Positions 44,231-53,009 of a stretch of 64,000 nt of DNA are shown one piece after another. This stretch comes from Bacteroidales bacterium (GTDB lineage Bacteria > Bacteroidota > Bacteroidia > Bacteroidales > DTGW01). The notes under the pieces are model-generated. The model did no database searches and was not told the DNA's origin. It saw only the letters and a program-made list of their open reading frames with translations. The stretch is from positions 2,746 to 66,745 of the forward strand of contig DAOSPF010000003.1 in assembly GCA_035374585.1 (NCBI GenBank), written 5' to 3'. Every line of letters starts with the position of its first letter. The first letter of the stretch is position 1. A program made the position numbers and the translations under genes.

Positions 44231-45589
44231 ATGAAAAAACGCATTTGGGGTATTATTTTATTATTAGTATTTTTAAATCTCTTTCAACAAAATTTGTTTT
44301 GCCAGTCTGTTTCGCAACAAGAACAGGCCTCATCAATTAGCCTTGGCAATACAGCCTGGGTGCTAATCTCCACAGCCCTGGTCATGTTAATGACTATTCC
44401 GGGGCTTGCTTTGTTTTATGGCGGACTTGTCCGCCGAAAAAACCTCCTGAACATCATCATGCAATGCTTTATTATTATGTTGATTATTAGCATTGAATGG
44501 GTAGTTTTGGGATACAGCATGTCATTTGGTTCATCCGAAGGTTTTCTAAAACCTTTTATCGGGGGCTTTGACTGGGCATTTCTTAACAACATAAAAGCAT
44601 CAGACCTTAGTCCTTATGCAGTTACTATGCCTAACGCCCGAATACCCCACGTTGTATTTATCATGTACCAGTGCATGTTTGCAGCCATAACTCCAGCGCT
44701 TATCATAGGGGCTTTTGCTGAAAGAATTAAATTTAAAGGTTTTGTAATATTTTCATTGTTATGGGCATTATTCATATACAACCCGGTAACCCACTGGATG
44801 TGGTCTTCAGACGGATGGTTATTTAAAATGGGGGCACTTGACTTTGCCGGAGGCATTGTCGTTCATATTACAGCAGGTATCTCGGCCTTAATTATGGCCA
44901 TCATGCTTGGTTGGAGAAGGTACTACAACAACACCCCTACTCCGCCCCATAATATTCCTTTTGTTGCCATAGGAACAGGAATACTTTGGTTTGGCTGGTT
45001 CGGGTTCAATGCCGGAAGCGGATTGGCCGCTGATGGAGTAGCCGGAAATGCAATGCTTGTAACACATATCGCAGCAGCAACAGCAGGCTTTGTTTGGGCC
45101 CTGCTCGATTGGTTTATTAACAAAAAACCCACAACCATAGGTGTTTGCACTGGTATTGTTGCCGGATTAGCTGCTATTACCCCAACAGCAGGATTTATTG
45201 ATGTCAGGGCAGCTATTATTGTAAGTACAATAAGCTCTATTACCTGTTTCATCATGGTAGGTTATATAAAAATAAAACTTGGATATGATGATTCTTTAGA
45301 TGCTTTTGGCGTTCATGGTATTGCTGGTATCATTGGTTCTTTACTGGTTGGTATTTTTGCTTCACCAGCAATTCAGGGCTCTTACCAGGGATTTTGGTAT
45401 GGCAACAAGCATCAATTAACCGTTCAACTCATTGCAGTTGGTGCAACCATTGTTTATTCTGCCATTATCACCTTTTTGCTATATAAATTAGTGGACAAAT
45501 TCTTTGGCTTACGCGTTAACCCAAATGAAGAGAACGAAGGGTTAGACTTTTCGCAACACAACGAAATAGCCTATAACGAAACAGATTAA
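44231..45589 (+). CDS. amtB: ammonium transporter (Amt family) with signal peptide, close paralog of 42561-43982
   Basis: 452 aa. Long stretches identical to the second Amt (for example MTIPGLALFYGGLVRRKN, WLFKMGALDFAGG). It has its own promoter and terminator and no P-II partner. Confidence 0.92.
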   Translation: MKKRIWGIILLLVFLNLFQQNLFCQSVSQQEQASSISLGNTAWVLISTALVMLMTIPGLALFYGGLVRRKNLLNIIMQCFIIMLIISIEWVVLGYSMSFGSSEGFLKPFIGGFDWAFLNNIKASDLSPYAVTMPNARIPHVVFIMYQCMFAAITPALIIGAFAERIKFKGFVIFSLLWALFIYNPVTHWMWSSDGWLFKMGALDFAGGIVVHITAGISALIMAIMLGWRRYYNNTPTPPHNIPFVAIGTGILWFGWFGFNAGSGLAADGVAGNAMLVTHIAAATAGFVWALLDWFINKKPTTIGVCTGIVAGLAAITPTAGFIDVRAAIIVSTISSITCFIMVGYIKIKLGYDDSLDAFGVHGIAGIIGSLLVGIFASPAIQGSYQGFWYGNKHQLTVQLIAVGATIVYSAIITFLLYKLVDKFFGLRVNPNEENEGLDFSQHNEIAYNETD

Positions 45590-45667
45590 CAAACATCCAG
45601 TTTTTATAAGTAAACAAAAGCCGTTTCGTAAATCTCTGTTTATACTTCCAAAGTCATTGAAATGCTG

Positions 45668-45779
45668 TTTAATTAAGCCCAATTACTTCATAGCTTTGCT
45701 AACCCCAGCCTTAAGACTGGGGTTACAAACTCTAACTTACCGACGGACTTTAACCCTGATATTTTACCGGACAACAGTG
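45668..45779 (+). repeat. solo end / degenerate relative of the MITE-like element
   Basis: 45761-45778 ATTTTACCGGACAACAGT is identical to 1581-1598. The interior differs (hairpin AACCCCAG-N8-CTGGGGTT at 45701-45724). No matching left end was found. Confidence 0.45.
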
Positions 45780-45810
45780 AATAGAAGTAAATATTTGAAC
45801 TGGGCATAAA

Positions 45811-45839
45811 AAAAGCCGCCTCAAGCTGAAGCGGCTTTT
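45811..45839. terminator. bidirectional terminator
   Basis: AAAAGCCGC-loop-GCGGCTTTT with flanking A and T runs, between convergent genes. Confidence 0.7.
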
Positions 45840-45857
45840 TATTTTATTATCTTACTC

Positions 45858-46166
45858 TTATGGCATTATCTGAACTTTTGCACTGGCCAGTTCATTTAAA
45901 GAAACTGTAGGTGGTATTTGATTATGCAATAATTTTTCTTTGACCAGATAACCTATTACCAATGCATCTCTTTCAGAATGAAAAGTTTGTTGGTTTTGTA
46001 TCGCGGGAATATTTGTCTGATATATAATAGTTTTTTTACCAAAAACCAACTTGTACCCCCAGCCCTCATCAACAACAAACGACTCTACCTTTAAGCTTTT
46101 TTTTGTCTGACAAGACACAAAAGCAAATAAAAATAAAGACCCAACCAGTAAAAATTGTTTAGTCAT
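45858..46166 (-). CDS. small lipoprotein, DUF4907-like
   Basis: Start moved to MTKQFLLVGSLFLFAFVSCQ (ATG 46166), which overlaps the upstream stop by 8 nt. The EGWGYKL motif resembles what I recall of DUF4907. Confidence 0.5.
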   Translation of the reverse strand: MTKQFLLVGSLFLFAFVSCQTKKSLKVESFVVDEGWGYKLVFGKKTIIYQTNIPAIQNQQTFHSERDALVIGYLVKEKLLHNQIPPTVSLNELASAKVQIMP

Positions 46167-47190
46167 TTGTATTACTTTCATCATCGGGCATAAATTTCCA
46201 GCAATCATCAAATCTGTAACTGCTGCTTGTGCCAGTAGCAACAATTGCCTTATCTGAAAATGTCAAAGCTACGGCACGTTGACGGGCTGCCCCTTCAAAA
46301 TATGATTTTTTAACCCACAAATCGGTAGTAGGATTGTATTCCCAAGTATCAGACAAAATCGAGCCATTACTTCCCCCTGTTAAATAACCTTTTGAATTAA
46401 TAGAGAAAGCGGCGGCATATGCACGAATAATTTTATAATTATCATCGTAGCTTTCATCTTTATTACTATCCTTTATATCTCTTTTCTTAGTCCAAACACC
46501 GGAATCACCCTGAGGGGTAAACATATAAAAATCATAATTATAAGTGTCATTATTATAGCCTCCAACAACATATGCATTTCCGCCAATAATAAATGATGAA
46601 GCCCCCATTCGCTTAGTCCCCAATATACTGGTAATTTGCCTCCACGAATCAGTTGCTGGGTCATACCTGTAAAAATCTTTCAACCAGCGATCGTTATAAC
46701 CAGTACCAACAAATCCGTAATTGTTTAAGGCAAAACCCACAGCATCAGAGCGGCCAAGAGTTGTATCACCATTAACAATCAAATCTGCTTTTTTTGTCCA
46801 TGAATTAGAAGAAGGATCGTAAGCCCAGAAGTCATTCAAATAATTGACTCCATCATAGCCAGTACCAATGTACCCAATTGAACCTATCGAGAATCCAACC
46901 CCTGCACTGCGTGGTGTTCCTGTAAAATCAGCTTTTTGAGTCCAATAATCACCATCATTATTATATTCCCAAAGGTCTTTAAGCCTGTTTTTTCCGTTAT
47001 ATCCCATGCAAATGTAACCCTTGTTACCAATAACAAAACTCATTGCTTCACTTCTGGCAACGCCATCAAAATCAGACATCCTGACCCAATTGCCAATAAG
47101 ATCCTCTGAATCATCGTCATCATCAGAACATGCAGTAAACAAAGAAACCAATGCTACTATAAGCACACCAAATTTTAAGTATTTCATCAT
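46159..47190 (-). CDS. Kelch-repeat (galactose-oxidase-like beta-propeller) lipoprotein
   Basis: 343 aa. Lipobox LFTAC followed by an Asp-rich linker. At least six repeats of the W....D/F.G..R......I....Y..GY type. Confidence 0.75.
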   Translation of the reverse strand: MMKYLKFGVLIVALVSLFTACSDDDDDSEDLIGNWVRMSDFDGVARSEAMSFVIGNKGYICMGYNGKNRLKDLWEYNNDGDYWTQKADFTGTPRSAGVGFSIGSIGYIGTGYDGVNYLNDFWAYDPSSNSWTKKADLIVNGDTTLGRSDAVGFALNNYGFVGTGYNDRWLKDFYRYDPATDSWRQITSILGTKRMGASSFIIGGNAYVVGGYNNDTYNYDFYMFTPQGDSGVWTKKRDIKDSNKDESYDDNYKIIRAYAAAFSINSKGYLTGGSNGSILSDTWEYNPTTDLWVKKSYFEGAARQRAVALTFSDKAIVATGTSSSYRFDDCWKFMPDDESNTND

Positions 47191-47464
47191 TTTATAAAGA
47201 TTTTAAAAACGTTTCCATCAAGATTTTAATGGCGACAAATGTATCTTACCATATACTTCTTAAAAAAAAATATCTACTAAATAAATTATTTTATAGTTAA
47301 TTTGCACAAATTCTTCGGCAAGCGCAAAATAAATAAATTTAAATTAAATAATTACTTTAACATGAATATTTATTTATTTTGTCGAGAGTTTTAAGAGGTT
47401 CATATAGATTATTAGTTTATAAAGGTAAAGCTTAGTTTATTTGCCTTACAAGATTTTTGGAACA

Positions 47465-48760
47465 ATGAAAAAACAACACGTAGTATTTTTATTTGCCTTT
47501 TTTTATTTTTTAGTTCATTCATGTAAATCAGACGATTTTTCGATTGGTAGTGAAGATTTTAACTCAAGCATCAGGTCGGTATTTATAGATACATGTACAG
47601 TCACTTTTTCGATGGTAAAATCTGACTCGTTTGTAACTTCAGGTTTAACAACTGGTTGGTTAGGGAGTTACCATGACAAATATACCGGCACCCTCACTGC
47701 TACTCCTTATTTTACATTTAGCCTACCTTCATATACAGCGTATGAAAAAACTTTTTTCGATTCTGTCGTTTTGTATGTAAAATGCTTAAACGACTATTTT
47801 GGTGACACGGCACTTATTCAAAGCTTTAGGGTATATGAGCTTGATGACAATATTGAAACCGATAAAAATGATAATTTATACAGCACTAATTCTTTTGCCC
47901 GAAAAACAAAAGAATTAGCAAATTATAAATTTAAACCCCAACCTTACAAAAAGAAATATCTTTCGGTAAAGCTTTCTGATGATTTAGGAAAGGATATGTT
48001 GGATAAGTTCATGTCCGAATCTGACGAAGTAAGTGACGATACTAAATTTAGCAATTATTTCAAGGGGCTTGTGCTGGTCCCCGATGTATCTAAGTCGAAT
48101 AACGTTGTAAATATTGAAGTTTCTGACACTTCAGTTTCGATGATAATATACTATCACAGGTACGAAGACAAAAAAAAGAACGAAACAATAAATATTTCAT
48201 TAAATTCCAGTTTGTTCTTTACCCACATTGACCATGACAAAACAGGTACAAATATTGAAAAGCTCAACTCGCAATATGGTGAGCTGTCTTCATTATTAAC
48301 AAACAACGAAGTTTATTTACAAAGCATGACTTCTACTACTGTCCGTATTGATTTTCCTTATATAAAAAACCTCAAGCAATTAGGGGACTATATACATATC
48401 AACAGCGCTATACTTTATTTAAAACCCCTAAAAAACTCTTACCCGTTTTTATCGCCTTTACCTGAAAACATTTATCTTAGCTACATTGACGAATCTGACT
48501 ACAAAAGCGATCAGGTAGCCTTTAAACTTTCGAGAGATTTATATTTTAATGATTTAAATACCAATTATTCCGTCAGCATTACAGATCTTATTAAAAATCA
48601 AATCAATGCAATGAGTATTGACAAATTAAGGATTAACCTTAACCTAAAAAAAGATGGTTCCCAGAGAGATTTAAAGAGGTTGGTATTAGGAGATTTTTAC
48701 AATGAAAAAGCAAAAGCTTATGTTGAAATTCAGCTTTCTATATATAATGATGAAAATTAA
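47465..48760 (+). CDS. lipoprotein of unknown function, DUF4270-like
   Basis: Start moved to MKKQHVVFLFAFFYFLVHSC (lipobox). About 430 aa. The family assignment is from memory only. Confidence 0.5.
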   Translation: MKKQHVVFLFAFFYFLVHSCKSDDFSIGSEDFNSSIRSVFIDTCTVTFSMVKSDSFVTSGLTTGWLGSYHDKYTGTLTATPYFTFSLPSYTAYEKTFFDSVVLYVKCLNDYFGDTALIQSFRVYELDDNIETDKNDNLYSTNSFARKTKELANYKFKPQPYKKKYLSVKLSDDLGKDMLDKFMSESDEVSDDTKFSNYFKGLVLVPDVSKSNNVVNIEVSDTSVSMIIYYHRYEDKKKNETINISLNSSLFFTHIDHDKTGTNIEKLNSQYGELSSLLTNNEVYLQSMTSTTVRIDFPYIKNLKQLGDYIHINSAILYLKPLKNSYPFLSPLPENIYLSYIDESDYKSDQVAFKLSRDLYFNDLNTNYSVSITDLIKNQINAMSIDKLRINLNLKKDGSQRDLKRLVLGDFYNEKAKAYVEIQLSIYNDEN

Positions 48761-49979
48761 AAGATATTACCTGGCTTCAGTTTTTATTGCCACTATATTA
48801 TTGGTCAATCAACCTGTTCAGGCACAAAACTCATATAACCCTAACTCCGCTTACGGAATTGGGGAAACCAATCTTGGGGCTCAAGGATATAATGCAGGAA
48901 TGGGAGGCGTATCGATAGGCGTGCGAAGTAAAGATTTTATCAATACAGATAACCCTGCAGCCATTTCAATTCTGGACAGCTCGGTGGTACTGTTTAACTT
49001 TGCAATGAACGGGAAGTACTCCAAGTTTGCAGCAACGGGCAATAACCAGACCGCCTGGAATGGCAACATCCGAAATTTAGGCCTTGGATTGAAAATAGCC
49101 CGTTTTTGGGGCACAGCACTTTGTTTATTACCCTATTCGTCTGTCGGATATGACATTTACACCTTACAACCTATTGAAGGCTCTAAATATGTAGAAGCTG
49201 CAAATTATATTGGCGATGGTGGGATAAACAGAATTCAATGGATAAATGCATTTAAAATTCATCCAAAATTTTCTGTCGGGGTAAATGCTTCATATTTCTT
49301 TGGGGCTATCAATACAAGACAAATGGTCAATTCATGGACGATAAAAAAAGTCTCTTCTGTACAAAAATTATACTTTGACTTTGGGCTGCAATTTCATGAC
49401 AATATCTCTAATGATTTGAGTTATACTGTTGGGTTAGTTTACGGAAACAAAAGTGAGCTTTCCTTTAAAAATACTATTTACACAACAGTAAGCAGCACCG
49501 AAATTGAAGACCGGACAACAAAATCTACAACACAATATTTGCCTCAGTATTTTGGCGGGGGGATTTCTTTTACCATGAATGAAAAAATCAGCATTGCAGC
49601 CGATTACCAATACACGCAATGGTCATCGTTAAATAAAACTATTGCAAATGTTAAATACCGGGATGTTAGCCAGATAAAAGCAGGTATAAAAGTTGGCCCG
49701 CTGCAGGAAATAACCACAAACTACCTAAACAGGATACATTACATGGCAGGGATAGCTATTAGCAACTCGTATATCGAACGAAGCGGCGTTAACCCTAAAA
49801 ATTTCGGTATAACAGCAGGTCTGGGTTTGCCCATAAGGCAAAAAGCCATTGTAACAATTTCGGCTGAACTTGGGAAAACCGGGACTACTGAAAAAGGCAT
49901 GGTAAGCGAAACCTATGTTAGGTTTGGCGTTGGTGTATCGTGGAAAGACATTTGGTTTGTCAGGCGAAAATACGATTAA
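48747..49979 (+). CDS. outer-membrane beta-barrel protein, PorV/FadL-like
   Basis: Start at MMKIKRYYL overlaps the upstream stop. Signal peptide. The N-terminal LGAQGYNAGMGGVSIG...NPAAI resembles the PorV/FadL-type plug motif. Beta-strand periodicity throughout. Confidence 0.5.
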   Translation: MMKIKRYYLASVFIATILLVNQPVQAQNSYNPNSAYGIGETNLGAQGYNAGMGGVSIGVRSKDFINTDNPAAISILDSSVVLFNFAMNGKYSKFAATGNNQTAWNGNIRNLGLGLKIARFWGTALCLLPYSSVGYDIYTLQPIEGSKYVEAANYIGDGGINRIQWINAFKIHPKFSVGVNASYFFGAINTRQMVNSWTIKKVSSVQKLYFDFGLQFHDNISNDLSYTVGLVYGNKSELSFKNTIYTTVSSTEIEDRTTKSTTQYLPQYFGGGISFTMNEKISIAADYQYTQWSSLNKTIANVKYRDVSQIKAGIKVGPLQEITTNYLNRIHYMAGIAISNSYIERSGVNPKNFGITAGLGLPIRQKAIVTISAELGKTGTTEKGMVSETYVRFGVGVSWKDIWFVRRKYD

Positions 49980-49987
49980 GGTTTTTC

Positions 49988-50911
49988 TCATCTGTTGAAA
50001 ACAGAAGTCTTGGCAGCAATTCCAAACCGAAGGATATGTAAAGTACGGTAAAAGTAGATGTTATAATAATCCTGCCCGTAATAATACTGGGCAAAAAGAT
50101 TTACGTCACGAAGGAAAGATGGCTTATATGTCAAAGTATATTTAAAAGTAAAACGCTTTTTATCCCAATAGTTTACATTCTTCAGGTCGGTTGCAATATA
50201 TCCAAAACGAAATGAATTGTTCAGGACATCTTTATTTTCTTCAAAATAAGACAAATTGAACAAGTTTAGCGTTTTAGAAACCAAGTTCCACTCCGTTTTT
50301 AAATCTAAATAGACCCTCAAGCGTCCGTAAATACCATTCAATTCCTTGTCTTGGTTGTAGCTATATTCTGAGTACAGCTTCATATAATACTTTCTATTTT
50401 CCTTGTTTCGCGAAAGAAAAAGCCCTGCTTCTAACCAATTGGTCGAAAAACTTCCATTTCTTGTATTTATTGCAGAACTATCTGCATTGAAGAATGGGCC
50501 ATCTTGCCCGTTTGAGTGGTGATACCACGAAAGGTAAACAAACCAATCATGTTTTTTGGCATTATTTACAAACTGTCGGACCAACAAAATTCTTGGCATG
50601 TATGATGGTGTGCGTACAGGATAAGACTCTGCATTATACATCCTGAGCATAACGCGGGGAGAAAGCCCCATGCCCCATCGCCAGTCTTTATTAAAACCAA
50701 TCATGTAATAAGGAATGATATCTGCCTCAAACATCAAAGGCTCAATATTCCCAACACCTCCTAAACCCGTGATATAACCAGGATCGCAAAACATATTAAT
50801 GGTATTGATAGCCGAAATGCTATCCAAGCGTTGAGCCTTTAACGAAACAAAAGAAAATAACAAAACAAAAAATGTCAGCTTTAGCCTTCTCATCGCTGAT
50901 AAAATTAACAA
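49988..50911 (-). CDS. pldA: outer-membrane phospholipase A1-like protein
   Basis: 307 aa. Signal peptide. WYHHSNGQDG matches the OMPLA H-x-S-N-G catalytic motif. The downstream STNW and the C-terminal YYGQDYYN...RFGI resemble E. coli PldA. Confidence 0.6.
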   Translation of the reverse strand: MLILSAMRRLKLTFFVLLFSFVSLKAQRLDSISAINTINMFCDPGYITGLGGVGNIEPLMFEADIIPYYMIGFNKDWRWGMGLSPRVMLRMYNAESYPVRTPSYMPRILLVRQFVNNAKKHDWFVYLSWYHHSNGQDGPFFNADSSAINTRNGSFSTNWLEAGLFLSRNKENRKYYMKLYSEYSYNQDKELNGIYGRLRVYLDLKTEWNLVSKTLNLFNLSYFEENKDVLNNSFRFGYIATDLKNVNYWDKKRFTFKYTLTYKPSFLRDVNLFAQYYYGQDYYNIYFYRTLHILRFGIAAKTSVFNR

Positions 50912-50945
50912 ACGCCAAAGTTAACTGATAAAAACAAGATTTTAA

Positions 50946-51398
50946 TTAAAAAAACTTTCTGAGAAGATAATTTCTGTACCAAAAGTTTACCAACTGCTGG
51001 CCATTGGCAGAGTTCCATTCTTGCCCGATATCGTTGTGGCATGCAATGCCCTCCCCACGCCTGCTATGATGACAAAAACGGCATTCTAAAGGCTGAAGCC
51101 CTGTACTATAAAGCTCGCACAAATTGTTTTGCAGGAAAGTACAACCATTGTCTGAAAATATTTGCAACGATACACCGCCTTCATTTCCTTTAAATGCAGG
51201 CGACAGTACCCCAAAAGTCCTGTCTGGAGATATTTCCAGCATCATACGGGCTGCATAGCCTCTATATAAAGCATTACAAGCTTGGTCAATTGTCCACCAT
51301 CCAGGACGTTTGCAATAACTCACACATGTCGGGCATGAACATGGTCCTGACGGCGAGTATTTTTCAATTAGTTGTAAATGATCAACTATACTATACAT
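50946..51398 (-). CDS. YkgJ-family cysteine-cluster (Zn/Fe-chelating) protein
   Basis: 150 aa with 10 Cys. CTFLQNNLCELY...QPLECRFCH fits the YkgJ C-terminal pattern. Confidence 0.55.
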   Translation of the reverse strand: MYSIVDHLQLIEKYSPSGPCSCPTCVSYCKRPGWWTIDQACNALYRGYAARMMLEISPDRTFGVLSPAFKGNEGGVSLQIFSDNGCTFLQNNLCELYSTGLQPLECRFCHHSRRGEGIACHNDIGQEWNSANGQQLVNFWYRNYLLRKFF

Positions 51399-51498
51399 AA
51401 AAAGTAATAAAAAGGTTCAAATAAGTTTTGGAGAATAATTGAAAACCAAAATTATTATGCCTTACTTTGAAGATAAATAGTGATTATTCATCATTTTT

Positions 51499-52278
51499 AT
51501 GCCGGTCAACTTAAAACAACTTACCGCTACCCACGAACAAAACAGGAAAAGTCACCAATGTATTGTTTCAGAAGAAGATTACAAAATGGTCGAGCCTCTT
51601 TTGAAGCTTTTACAACGTTTGTCGGAAGTTGAAAACAGTACCATCTCTGTTTTTGACATGAACCGAAATAATTATCTGCTAAAAAGCAGTAAATTCAAAG
51701 AAATGCTGGGTTACAAAACTCATGAAGATATTGAAAATGACGATACGGCCCTTTTTCATCAAATAATTCACCCTGACGACCTACCTTTTGTGCTTGAAAC
51801 GGAGAACAAAGCCTACATTTTTTTCAATAGCCTTCCAAATGAAGAGAAAAAGGATTACAAACTTGTGTATGACTTTAGGGTAAAGAATACTGCAGGGGTG
51901 TATATGCGTTTCATCCACCAATTGGCTGTTTTAGAACAAGACCCTTTTGGAAAATCATGGTTGATAATGATTATAACAGAGCTGATAGCCCAACGGGCTT
52001 TAAACGTTGTCTCCAAACGCAGGATGATAAACATAAAAACCAAGAAACTGCATATTTTCAACGAAGACGATAAATTGCACGCAGATATGCTGCTGACAAA
52101 AAGAGAAACCGAAATCCTAAACCTTATTGCACAAGGGCTGGACAGTCAACGAATTTCGGAAAAGCTCTTTATTAGCGTAAACACCGTGAACAACCATCGA
52201 CAAAAGATATTGAACAAAACGCAAACGGACAATACCTCGCAGGCAATCCTTTATGCAAAAAAAATGGGAATCATATAA
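51499..52278 (+). CDS. PAS-like sensor / LuxR-type HTH transcriptional regulator
   Basis: 259 aa. C-terminal LTKRETEILNLIAQGLDSQRISEKLFISVNTVNNHRQKILNK is a GerE/LuxR HTH. The N-terminal ~150 aa look PAS-like. Confidence 0.8.
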   Translation: MPVNLKQLTATHEQNRKSHQCIVSEEDYKMVEPLLKLLQRLSEVENSTISVFDMNRNNYLLKSSKFKEMLGYKTHEDIENDDTALFHQIIHPDDLPFVLETENKAYIFFNSLPNEEKKDYKLVYDFRVKNTAGVYMRFIHQLAVLEQDPFGKSWLIMIITELIAQRALNVVSKRRMINIKTKKLHIFNEDDKLHADMLLTKRETEILNLIAQGLDSQRISEKLFISVNTVNNHRQKILNKTQTDNTSQAILYAKKMGII

Positions 52279-52290
52279 AATGTACTACCT

Positions 52291-52857
52291 ATGGCTTATG
52301 TAGAAGAAAAAACATTCAACAAAGTGGACTTTACCAGCAAAGCGTTGGAAAAAGGAGAATACGACAACTGCACGTTTAAGGAATGCGATTTTTCAAACTC
52401 AGACCTTTCGGATATCAAATTTCTGGAATGCAGGTTTGACAACTGTAACCTAAGTATGACAAAGCTTATCAACACTTCTCTCTGTGATGTACGCTTTAAA
52501 AACTGTAAAATGATTGGTATGCATTTTGAAACGTGCAATGAATTTGGGTTTTCTATACATTTAGAAGATTGTAACCTTAGTCTTTCCTCATTTTACAAAA
52601 TCAAGATGAAGAAAAACACATTTAAAAACCTGAAATTTCACGAATGCGACTTTACCGAGAGCGACTTGAGCCTGTCGGTCTTTGACCAATGCGATTTTGC
52701 CAAAGCCACATTTGACAATACCAACCTTGAAAAAGCAGATATGCAAACTTCCTTCAATTATTCTATTGACCCTGACAAAAACCGCATTAAAAAGGCCAAA
52801 TTTTCATTAAACGGCATTGCCGGATTGCTTGACAAATATGACATTGAGATAAATTAA
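52291..52857 (+). CDS. pentapeptide-repeat protein
   Basis: 188 aa. Repeated A(D/N)LXX-type pentads (CDFSNSDLSDIKFLECRFDNCNLSM...). Starts 12 nt after the LuxR gene stop. Confidence 0.85.
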   Translation: MAYVEEKTFNKVDFTSKALEKGEYDNCTFKECDFSNSDLSDIKFLECRFDNCNLSMTKLINTSLCDVRFKNCKMIGMHFETCNEFGFSIHLEDCNLSLSSFYKIKMKKNTFKNLKFHECDFTESDLSLSVFDQCDFAKATFDNTNLEKADMQTSFNYSIDPDKNRIKKAKFSLNGIAGLLDKYDIEIN

Positions 52858-52876
52858 GCAGGCAAACCCAATATTT

Positions 52877-52920
52877 GAAATCTCAACATTTGTACATTTA
52901 ATAAAGAAATTTCAACATTT
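52877..52920 (+). promoter_or_regulatory. 15-nt direct repeat pair upstream of the CE2-like esterase gene
   Basis: GAAATCTCAACATTT (52877-52891) and GAAATTTCAACATTT (52906-52920) are 14/15 identical with starts 29 bp apart. The second overlaps hairpin AACATTTT-N9-AAAATGTT (52914-52938). Confidence 0.35.
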
Positions 52921-53009
52921 TGCCAAGCCGAAAATGTTAAAATCCACGAACATTGCAATAACGAATTATTAAAATCTAACCTATACCTAATCATCTAAAA
53001 TTTAATAAA

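Noticed and set aside
40941-45255. Minus-strand ORFs of 110-137 aa inside each Amt gene (40941-41354, 43352-43765, 44923-45255).
   Set aside because: These are shadow ORFs created by the Gly/Ala-rich, relatively GC-rich Amt coding sequence. Such ORFs recur opposite every Amt paralog, which is what a codon-composition artefact would produce.
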